The position numbers and the translations under genes are program-made. From Candidatus Treponema equi (GTDB taxonomy: Bacteria; Spirochaetota; Spirochaetia; Treponematales; Treponemataceae), in assembly GCA_018064785.1 (NCBI GenBank), contig JAGHUO010000005.1, forward strand, positions 1-50,593: 50,593 bases of DNA, given 5' to 3'. Positions within the stretch are counted from its first letter, which is position 1. Each line of letters opens with the position of its first letter. The notes under the pieces are model-generated. The model was not told where the DNA came from, did no database searches, and worked only from the letters and a program-made list of their open reading frames with translations. This document shows positions 28,839 through 36,679 of the stretch, piece by piece.

Positions 28839-29417
28839 ATGAAGAAGGTATTTTTTGCATTGACTGTGGCAGCTGCGGTTTTCTTTGCAGGTTGTGTATC
28901 AGCTCCTCGTGGAAAAAAGATTTCACGCAATCTTTCTGATCCTGGCGTCATGACAGCCCGTGAGCTGTATTCATTCTTTATGGAAAACAACCCTGATGCC
29001 GACAGGGACACTGTAATGCTTCTTGCGGATCTTTATATCCAGGAAGCAGGGGATGAAGGAATCAACAGCGACTGTGCTTTTGTACAGATGTGCCATGAGA
29101 CAGGATTCCTCCGCTATGGAAACCTGGTGACTCCAGAGATGCACAATTACTGTGGTCTTGGAGCAATCAATGAAGAACAGCGTGGCCTTGCATTCGATAC
29201 CGAGCAGCTTGGTGTCCGTGCCCACATCCAGCATCTTCATGCCTATGCTACTGGTGCCGATGTTGTGCTGAACAACGACTGCATCGACCCTAGATACAGG
29301 TATGTAAATCCAAGAGGAAAGTCACCTACGATAGAAGGTCTTGCAGGTACATGGGCTGCCGACAGGCAGTATTCCGTAAAACTTGAAGCAATGCTTACAA
29401 GACTTGAATCAAGATAA
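28839..29417 (+). CDS. GH73-type glucosaminidase domain lipoprotein (peptidoglycan hydrolase)
   Basis: Lipobox FAGC; Q.CHETG, NYCGLGA, GVRAHIQHL.AYA, DPR, WAAD..Y. Confidence 0.88.
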   Translation: MKKVFFALTVAAAVFFAGCVSAPRGKKISRNLSDPGVMTARELYSFFMENNPDADRDTVMLLADLYIQEAGDEGINSDCAFVQMCHETGFLRYGNLVTPEMHNYCGLGAINEEQRGLAFDTEQLGVRAHIQHLHAYATGADVVLNNDCIDPRYRYVNPRGKSPTIEGLAGTWAADRQYSVKLEAMLTRLESR

Positions 29418-29419
29418 AA

Positions 29420-29448
29420 AAAGGCTGAACTGCAGAAGTTCAGCCTTT
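29420..29448. terminator. Bidirectional intrinsic terminator
   Basis: AAAGGCTGAACT-gcaga-AGTTCAGCCTTT perfect 12-bp stem. Confidence 0.85.
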
Positions 29449-29467
29449 GTCATTTTAAAGAATTGGA

Positions 29468-30118
29468 TCAGAGCATCTTGCAGAATTCTTCAACAAGATG
29501 GTTGATTTTATCGATTCCCTTTTCATCAGGTTCAATCTGGAAAAGTTCACCGTCACCTGACTGAGGGTTTGACATGACAATCTGTTTGCGTGCAAGAAGA
29601 TATCTTGAAAGAAGATCGTTGATTCCGGCTACGAACCATTTTGCGCATGAGTGGATTCTTTCTTCCGGTGTGTTTATTTTTCCGCTTGCCACAAGTTCGG
29701 TCAAAGTCTTTTCTGTCTGCTGAACCAGCTTTGCGTTTTCTTCGATGATGATGTCTGCGGCTTTCTTGTTGAAGTACTTCATGCTTTCAACGAATGTGTA
29801 GATCTGGAACAAGGGCGACTTCTCATGCATCTTTACGTAGCGGCTGATGATTCCTTTGAGGACTGTGTCCGCAGGATATTTCTTTGCGACGGATGCGATG
29901 TCGTTAGGAATGAAGCTGATGGCGGCAAGATAGTCGGAACAAGAGTCCAATGTTTTTTCAACGATGTCGTCGCGGCTTTCAAAATGATTGTAAAGAGATG
30001 CTTTCTTTATGTGCAGAATGTCAGCAATGTCCGCAAGGCTTGTATTTCCCTCTGAGCGCATGAATGAAGCGTCAAGAAATGCCCTGATAACTTTGTCTGA
30101 AGTGATCTTGTCTGCCAT
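29468..30118 (-). CDS. TetR/AcrR family regulator
   Basis: N-terminal HTH TSLADIADILHIKKASLYNHFESRDDI; SD AGAGG. Confidence 0.93.
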   Translation of the reverse strand: MADKITSDKVIRAFLDASFMRSEGNTSLADIADILHIKKASLYNHFESRDDIVEKTLDSCSDYLAAISFIPNDIASVAKKYPADTVLKGIISRYVKMHEKSPLFQIYTFVESMKYFNKKAADIIIEENAKLVQQTEKTLTELVASGKINTPEERIHSCAKWFVAGINDLLSRYLLARKQIVMSNPQSGDGELFQIEPDEKGIDKINHLVEEFCKML

Positions 30119-30135
30119 ATGGAACCTCTAAAATA

Positions 30136-30183
30136 AACAATCGTTAGCCTATCAATTATAAAGCACAAGTTTCTTTTTGTAAA
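30136..30183 (-). promoter_or_regulatory. tetR promoter with candidate autoregulatory operator
   Basis: TTTACA-17 nt-TATAAT (30183-30155); imperfect palindrome AACaATcGTT at 30136-30145, just downstream of the predicted start site. Confidence 0.55.
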
Positions 30184-30239
30184 TTGAAATATCGTTTTGC
30201 CGTGTTCTATATCTTTCCCATTTGTGCTATATTGGGCCT

Positions 30240-30686
30240 ATGAAAATCGAAGCAAAATTCTACTCAGAGAACAACTCTCTTTTCTTTTTGGACGGTTCAA
30301 AGGCGGAACCAAATACAGACCAGGTTGCTGCAATCCAGGTCAAATGGTCGGATGTCGGTATGGACGAGGACAGCTACAACGAAGAATATCTTGCAAATCT
30401 CCGCGACCAGCTGAAGGCTCTTGAAGAAAAGGGCACCTACGGATTTGTTGTTCCTGTATGTGACGCAGATTGTGATTCCGCAGAGAAGCAGGAAGCTTTC
30501 ACTGCCAGCATGAAGCACTGCGCACGCCGCATAAAGGACTGCGAGAACATCGTCGGTTTTGCTGTTCCTGGACAGGTAGACTGCGGTTATTATATGGAAG
30601 AATTAAGCGCAAAACACAAGCATTACATCTATTTTACAGACAATGCAGAATTGCTCAAAAGTAACGGAAATATAGTAAAATATTAA
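30240..30686 (+). CDS. Small hypothetical protein resembling part of a GH5 TIM barrel (148 aa)
   Basis: W..V...EDSYNEEYLANLRDQL...KG.Y and F...ARRIKDCENIVGF resemble GH5 segments; TGnTATATT lies 6 nt before ATG. Confidence 0.75.
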   Translation: MKIEAKFYSENNSLFFLDGSKAEPNTDQVAAIQVKWSDVGMDEDSYNEEYLANLRDQLKALEEKGTYGFVVPVCDADCDSAEKQEAFTASMKHCARRIKDCENIVGFAVPGQVDCGYYMEELSAKHKHYIYFTDNAELLKSNGNIVKY

Positions 30687-30806
30687 CAAATAGAGCAATA
30701 GATTGTATAAAACCGTAAGGTTTGCAATAGAATTTCATTGAATTCTCTTGAACATTTTTGCGGAATTTGTCAAAATAAAGCAAATTTTATGTATCGGGGG
30801 AAGACA

Positions 30807-31595
30807 ATGGGATTTGAACGTGAAGATTTAATCAAGTTAGTTTCAGGAACTGCAGTATTCAGCCTTTTTTTTGTAGCAGTTTGCATTGGCATTGTGGTTT
30901 TCATTCCTGAAGACAAAGGCAACCATGAAGTAATTCCTTTGGAATCATATTACGATGTTGCCCAGGACCAGAAGGTCTCATACGAAAACCTCTTTGATGA
31001 GGAATATCCAGAGCTTGTAATCGAGCAGAAGAAGAAGGAAGATACAGCGCTTGTATTGTATCGCCAGCCACAGAGCCGTGCCGCTGTTGAATGGTACTAC
31101 AGCCGTGTTGTGAACAGCCGCGAGATTTCTGATGCCATCCTTCAGTATGCCGATGAATACAGCATTCCACTTTCATTGGCATTTGCCCTTGCACACACAG
31201 AAAGCAAGTTCAAGGTAAATGCGATGCACAAGAATACAAACGGAAGCATCGACCGTGGTCTGTTCCAGTTGAACAACACAAGTTTCCCAAAGCTTGAGGA
31301 ATCTGATTTCTATGATCCAAAGATTTCCGCACGCTATGGACTTGCACATTTGAGATTCTGTCTTAACACTGCAGGTAACGATATCGCTGCCCTTGCAATG
31401 TACAATGCAGGAACAAGCAAGGTCCGCAAGAACAGTACACCACAGATCACTCTCAACTATATTTCGCAGATTCAGAATTACAGAAATGAACTTGATGCCG
31501 CATTTGCTACAGAAGTAATGGCTATGTACAATCCTGACACACAGGCAAAACTTGTGGCAAAGACAAAGAGTGCACCTTCAGCCGGAACATTTTAA
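30807..31595 (+). CDS. Membrane-anchored lytic transglycosylase (SLT domain)
   Basis: TM helix; ALAHTES.F (catalytic Glu), D.GLFQLN, ALAMYNAG. Confidence 0.92.
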   Translation: MGFEREDLIKLVSGTAVFSLFFVAVCIGIVVFIPEDKGNHEVIPLESYYDVAQDQKVSYENLFDEEYPELVIEQKKKEDTALVLYRQPQSRAAVEWYYSRVVNSREISDAILQYADEYSIPLSLAFALAHTESKFKVNAMHKNTNGSIDRGLFQLNNTSFPKLEESDFYDPKISARYGLAHLRFCLNTAGNDIAALAMYNAGTSKVRKNSTPQITLNYISQIQNYRNELDAAFATEVMAMYNPDTQAKLVAKTKSAPSAGTF

Positions 31596-31611
31596 TTCTG
31601 GTTTGTTTGAC

Positions 31612-32514
31612 TTAAATCAATTCTAGAAAACTTGAAAGCAGAATTTCTTTAGACTGAAGTTCTGCTTTTATTTTTGAAAGGGAGGCATAGTAAGCTTCCT
31701 GCATGTCACGGTCACAGGCTATGGCTCCATAGCGGAACTTGTATTCAAGTTCCATTCCAAGATCCCAGTAGGCAAATCCGTTGTTCTTAAGGAAAAGACC
31801 AAGGACGCACATCTGGACGGTTCCGGCATCATCTTCTTTATGAAAGCCGGAAAGACTTGCGTAGGCATTGCCTGTAATGAACCCAAGCTCACCTGCGACA
31901 AGTTCCCCATCATGCCATAGTTCAACGGAATCTATGCTGACTTTGCTGTCAGGATTCTCATGTATCTTTTTGAACTGTCTTAGAAGGGGCTCGGAAAGCC
32001 AGGTTTCTGGATATGCCTTTAGCAGTTCTTCTATGCATTGGTTGTAGGCCTTGTTGAAGGTAAGTGTATAACCGGAAAATTTTCCTTCCAGCCAACCCTT
32101 AAGTTTTTTTGTTATATGAAGTTTCTCAAATGGAATGATAAGTTTGTTTGAATGGTATTTGATTGTCAGAAAATCCCTGAAGATTTCTTCACCAAATAGA
32201 TCCATCATCTTGGCATTCTTGAAGTCTGTATATTTTAGTTCACTTAATTTTGTGACTCTTTTTCTCTGGGACATTGGGTAATAGCCAAGTTCCAGAGCCT
32301 TCCTTATTATTGTCTCGTCAAAGGAATCGCAGACTGCCTCGTCAAAAACTGTTTCCTTCACTGCGACTTCAAGAGGATCTTCATTGCCAAAGAGAAAGCA
32401 GTTTGAAGTGAAGTTTTCCTCAAGACTGTTCCTTAGTGAATCAAGTTCTTCTGGTCTGGAGATGTTTACTGCGTTGTCGTAGAACATCATGGCAAAGATG
32501 TCATTAATATCCAT
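31612..32514 (-). CDS. aat: Leucyl/phenylalanyl-tRNA--protein transferase-like protein (divergent)
   Basis: GYYPM, LHITKKL, TFN.AY, TWL, SVELW..GELVAGELG...G..Y.SLSGF. Confidence 0.8.
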   Translation of the reverse strand: MDINDIFAMMFYDNAVNISRPEELDSLRNSLEENFTSNCFLFGNEDPLEVAVKETVFDEAVCDSFDETIIRKALELGYYPMSQRKRVTKLSELKYTDFKNAKMMDLFGEEIFRDFLTIKYHSNKLIIPFEKLHITKKLKGWLEGKFSGYTLTFNKAYNQCIEELLKAYPETWLSEPLLRQFKKIHENPDSKVSIDSVELWHDGELVAGELGFITGNAYASLSGFHKEDDAGTVQMCVLGLFLKNNGFAYWDLGMELEYKFRYGAIACDRDMQEAYYASLSKIKAELQSKEILLSSFLELI

Positions 32515-33697
32515 GACTTTCTTCCTTGTTCAGCAATTTTCTGTATGAAAGGTCCATGGCGAAGGCTCCCAGTGGTGCTGTGGTCAATATGGCAAGGACC
32601 GAGACAGTGAGGACTATTGTTCCGCAATCAAATCCCATGGCCAGAGGCAAGCCACCTATGGCTGCCTGTACCGTAGCTTTAGGTGTATAGGCAATGGCGC
32701 AGAAAAGACGTTCCTTGAATGAAAGCTTTGTTCCTGCCATGCATAGGACTACCCCTGCCATGCGGAAGACTATGACAGATGCAAGAAGTGCTATTACTTT
32801 TATCCCTGCACTTGCCGCACTGTTTATTTCTACAGAAGCCCCGACAAGAACAAAAAGGAATATTTCTGAAGGTACCCATAGACGGTCCAGTTTTGAAGAA
32901 AGACGTGCTGATACTGTATCATCCTTCATCTTTATGGCAAGTCCGCTTGTCATTACTCCGATCAGGCTTGCGAATGGAATCATGGCAGGAAGTCTGTCTT
33001 CCGCAACGACCATGAGAAGGGAAGCACAGATAAGGAAAATCACTTTTGATGTATCACGTACATGGATTTTCTTCCAGAACTGGGAAAGAAGAACTCCTAT
33101 GGCAAATCCAAGTCCTATGCCAGTTATGATGGATATTGGTACTCCTGCTATTTTCCATATGGAGATACCTTCTCCTTTTGCAAGGGAAGTGAAAGTCGCG
33201 AACATTACGATTACAAATACATCGTCGACACTTGCGCCTGCCAGAATCATCTGTGGAATGCCTTTGTCTGTTCCGCGTTTCTCATCTATGAGTTTTATCA
33301 TCCTTGGAACAACTACGGCAGGTGAGACTGCGGCCACAACGGCTCCCATGATCGCAGCATCCAGTGTTGATATTCCAAGAATCTGTGGTGCGACAATGAT
33401 CATTCCAAGAATTTCCAGGGTTGCTGGAAGAAAACACATGAGCAGTGCTGACCGGCCGTTCTTCTTGAGATCCTGGATATTAAGTTTCAAGCCTGCTCTC
33501 AAGAGAATCACGATGAGGGCTATTTTTCTGAGCTGAATGGAAATTGAAAGAATGGAATCATCAAGGAGGTCCAGTACACAAGGGCCAAGAACTATTCCGG
33601 CCAGTATCATTCCGAATAGAGGAGGAAAATGAATTTTCTTGGAAACAAAACCGGCGAATGTTCCGGCTAATAAAATCAATGAGACGCTGAGTAACAT
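32504..33697 (-). CDS. Cation:proton antiporter (NHA2-like CPA family)
   Basis: About 12 TM helices; ILLRAGL, AVSPAVVVP, ASVDD, PKATVQAA. Confidence 0.93.
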   Translation of the reverse strand: MLLSVSLILLAGTFAGFVSKKIHFPPLFGMILAGIVLGPCVLDLLDDSILSISIQLRKIALIVILLRAGLKLNIQDLKKNGRSALLMCFLPATLEILGMIIVAPQILGISTLDAAIMGAVVAAVSPAVVVPRMIKLIDEKRGTDKGIPQMILAGASVDDVFVIVMFATFTSLAKGEGISIWKIAGVPISIITGIGLGFAIGVLLSQFWKKIHVRDTSKVIFLICASLLMVVAEDRLPAMIPFASLIGVMTSGLAIKMKDDTVSARLSSKLDRLWVPSEIFLFVLVGASVEINSAASAGIKVIALLASVIVFRMAGVVLCMAGTKLSFKERLFCAIAYTPKATVQAAIGGLPLAMGFDCGTIVLTVSVLAILTTAPLGAFAMDLSYRKLLNKEESHGY

Positions 33698-33809
33698 GGA
33701 TACCCCCTGAAGACAAGAAATGCCTTGCCAACGGATTATATATCAGATTTAGTTTCCAAGTCCATCAAATGTGCTATAATCCAAGGCTGTTATAGGAACC
33801 AATCGTAAA

Positions 33810-34499
33810 ATGACAAAAATCCAGATAAAACTTTTTGAACTTGAAGACAAAAAATACAAGGCTTTCCAGGCAAAACTAAATCCTGTTAATGATGCCAATA
33901 CCATAATCGGAGTAAGGGTTCCAAAACTGCGTGCCCTTGCAAAGGAAATTTATTCCAACGGCAAGGAATACGATCTTGAAAAATTCATGGAATCCTTGCC
34001 ACACAAGTATTTTGAGGAAAACTTCATCCATTCATTTGTTATCGAAAACATCAAGGATTATGATGAATGCATCGACAGGTTCCGCAGATTTCTTCCGTAT
34101 ATAGACAACTGGGCTGTCTGTGATACATGTCATCCAAAAGCCTTTAGAAAGAATGCGGAAAAGGTTCTTTCGCTTGCCTATGAATGGATCAAAAGTTCAG
34201 AGACATATACTGTTAGATACGGAATCGATGTATTCATGACCTATTTCCTTGATGGTGCTTTCAAGAAAGAATATCTGGACATTGTAGCAGGTGTCAGAAG
34301 TTCCGAGTATTACGTGAACATGATGCAGGCATGGTATTTTGCCACAGCCTTGGCCAAGCAATGGGATGATTCCGTAAAGATAATTGAAGAAAGAAAACTA
34401 AGTCCCTGGGTGCACAACAAAACCATCCAAAAGGCAAGGGAAAGTTTTCGTGTGTCACAGGAACATAAGGATTATCTTTTGACTTTGAAAGTAAAATGA
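33810..34499 (+). CDS. AlkD-family DNA alkylation repair protein
   Basis: IGVRVP.LR, IDNWAVCD, EYYVNMM.AWYFATAL, NKTIQKA.ES.R. Confidence 0.93.
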   Translation: MTKIQIKLFELEDKKYKAFQAKLNPVNDANTIIGVRVPKLRALAKEIYSNGKEYDLEKFMESLPHKYFEENFIHSFVIENIKDYDECIDRFRRFLPYIDNWAVCDTCHPKAFRKNAEKVLSLAYEWIKSSETYTVRYGIDVFMTYFLDGAFKKEYLDIVAGVRSSEYYVNMMQAWYFATALAKQWDDSVKIIEERKLSPWVHNKTIQKARESFRVSQEHKDYLLTLKVK

Positions 34500-34506
34500 C
34501 GGTCAA

Positions 34507-35922
34507 TTAGCTGAGCTTAATGATGTCTTTTGAAATCAGTTCATCGATTCTTTCAACTTCACCGTTTTCAAGACAATCTACGAATGCCTCTACTACGTTG
34601 CTGTCGAACTGCTTTCCTTTGTTGCTGTTAAGTTCATCAAGGATTTTCTCTTTTGTGAGTTGTGCTCGATAACAACGGTTGCTGCTCATGGCGTCATAAG
34701 CATCTGCTACGGCTATGATTCTTGATACAGTTGGAATCTGTTCTCCCTTCAAGCCAAGAGGATAGCCTGTTCCGTCGTAACGTTCGTGGTGGCACAGTGC
34801 TCCGTTGACCAGATTGTCTATGGCTGTGAATCCCTTGAGAAGCTCAGCGCCTGTTGTTGTATGGGTCTTGATGATGTCGAATTCCTCATCAGTCAATTTC
34901 CCTGGTTTATTCAAGATCTCATCCTGAATGTTTACCTTTCCTGCGTCATGAAGAAGTCCTATATAGAAAATGTTCTCAACGAAGTCTTCATTGAACTTCA
35001 ACTTCTTGGCTATCATCTTTGAGTAATAGGCTACTCTGAGTGAATGATGTCTTGTGTATGAATCTTTTGCATCGATGAACTGTGAGAATGTTCCGATGGC
35101 CTGGATGATTATCTTCTTGTCGTGGAGCCTTCTTCTTTCATATCTGCGTGTCAGGACAAGGTTGACCATAAGAATAAGTTCACCGATGAAAAAGAACGCT
35201 ATGAATCCGCAGTTTATCCAGAAAGATCTGAATGAACTTAGTTTCAGATGGATGGTGTAGTGAATTTCAACATCCTTGAAATTGAGCAATGCAGCTTCAG
35301 AGTAGAAGATGATTCCGAATGTCTTTGAAAGGAAACTGTTGTTCTTAGGTGCTGAAGGACTGATAGGTGTTTCGTAATATTCCACTGAAGGATGGTAGAA
35401 AATCTGTGCGTTCTTTTCCAACGGGAAAAGATAAAGGCCGTCGATGGTGTCGTAGTCCAGCAGGATGTTTTCAGGAAGATCCTTAAGCGGGTTGAAAGTC
35501 TGTGATTTTGTTCCGCTGTTCTGGTTGAAGCATACGTTTCCATTCCATGATTTGTTCAGGTAGGTGTCTTCCGGAATTTTTATGACTGCATACCAGCTTG
35601 TGATGTCGGCGTTGGAAAGGTTTGTGATTGTAAAGTCATAGGTCTTTCCATAAGTCTTTATTTCATTGTTGTCGTTGATAGCGTAGCTGGATTTGTCAAA
35701 ATATTCCGGCTTAAAAAGATATCCTGGCATGAGTTTTTCCCAGCTGCCAGTTACATCGACCTTGAATTTTACATAGGTGTCTGAATCAACATCGAGAGTA
35801 TTGAGGATTCTTTCCTTCTTGTTATGGTTGTAGATATTGATGTGCTGAAGAAGAAGACCAGCCAGAGACAGAAACAGCAATACTGAACATACTGGCAAAG
35901 ATTTTCCTGTAGTGTTTTTCAT
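34507..35922 (-). CDS. Membrane HD-GYP phosphodiesterase with extracytoplasmic CBM2-like domain
   Basis: Two hydrophobic segments flank a Trp-patterned domain; intact YT..HS.RV, LLHDAGK, HHERYDGTGYP, ADAYDAM. Confidence 0.92.
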   Translation of the reverse strand: MKNTTGKSLPVCSVLLFLSLAGLLLQHINIYNHNKKERILNTLDVDSDTYVKFKVDVTGSWEKLMPGYLFKPEYFDKSSYAINDNNEIKTYGKTYDFTITNLSNADITSWYAVIKIPEDTYLNKSWNGNVCFNQNSGTKSQTFNPLKDLPENILLDYDTIDGLYLFPLEKNAQIFYHPSVEYYETPISPSAPKNNSFLSKTFGIIFYSEAALLNFKDVEIHYTIHLKLSSFRSFWINCGFIAFFFIGELILMVNLVLTRRYERRRLHDKKIIIQAIGTFSQFIDAKDSYTRHHSLRVAYYSKMIAKKLKFNEDFVENIFYIGLLHDAGKVNIQDEILNKPGKLTDEEFDIIKTHTTTGAELLKGFTAIDNLVNGALCHHERYDGTGYPLGLKGEQIPTVSRIIAVADAYDAMSSNRCYRAQLTKEKILDELNSNKGKQFDSNVVEAFVDCLENGEVERIDELISKDIIKLS

Positions 35923-35946
35923 TCTAGATTTCTCTTTCCGTATTTG

Positions 35947-36558
35947 TTATTGATTGTCTTTCTTGTCAAAATAATTTATCTGTTCAAGATATTGACGACG
36001 TGTCATCACCAGGTTTATCAATTCCTGATACATGTTGTAGTCAACTTCTATTGCTATCGGAAGTATGTAGAATTCCGTTTCGTTGCAGTAGCGTTCAATG
36101 AATTTTGCATCGGTAACAAAACCAAGGCTTATCATGTTGCTTATTCTGTCGGCACATTTCAGAAGCTTTGCTTTCTGTGATCCAAAGTTGATGATTCTCT
36201 TGAGGAATTCATCCTTTTTTTCACCTTGACGCTTGGTCACTTCAAGAACAAGGGAAAGAACATCCTTTCCGTCTGCATCTGCATTAAGAATGAGGTTTTC
36301 GTCAAAATCCGGAATATCTTCCACTGTGTCGTGGACTACACTGGCTTTAAGCAATACGGAATCGATGTATCCGTAGTCCATGAGGATTCCCATGGTATCG
36401 ATCTGGTGGCGGAACATGTTTCCACCGGCATGACGCTGCTTTCCAATCAGCATGGTCGAAAGCTGAATATAGGGCGCGAATGAAATGTTTGACAGCTGCA
36501 GCATTCTGTCGGTGTCCATTCGTGATGGTTTTTCTGTAGCCATCTCATATTTTGCCAT
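35947..36558 (-). CDS. Small alarmone hydrolase-like HD protein (Mesh1/SAH family)
   Basis: QR..G....H, HDTVED, LV.EVT, K.ADR.SN motifs of the RelA/SpoT hydrolase domain in a stand-alone 203 aa protein; SD GGAGG. Confidence 0.82.
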   Translation of the reverse strand: MAKYEMATEKPSRMDTDRMLQLSNISFAPYIQLSTMLIGKQRHAGGNMFRHQIDTMGILMDYGYIDSVLLKASVVHDTVEDIPDFDENLILNADADGKDVLSLVLEVTKRQGEKKDEFLKRIINFGSQKAKLLKCADRISNMISLGFVTDAKFIERYCNETEFYILPIAIEVDYNMYQELINLVMTRRQYLEQINYFDKKDNQ

Positions 36559-36679
36559 ATTCAAGCCTCCGTGCTTAATTCTGACAGGTAAAAGCAAACA
36601 GGCAATTACCATGTACTTCAATTATAACACGGTTTTTACCTGTTTGACTTTTATTTATTAAATAAATGTCTGATTTTTA

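Noticed and set aside
32694-33536. 280 aa plus-strand ORF, and similar antisense ORFs such as 1353-1946, 8282-8842, 11227-11811, 21024-21557, 38330-38911
   Set aside because: They lie antisense to well-supported genes and show no motifs; typical shadow ORFs caused by codon bias
35947-36558. SAH as the antitoxin of a toxSAS module
   Set aside because: No alarmone synthetase ORF is adjacent; the neighbours are valS and the HD-GYP gene
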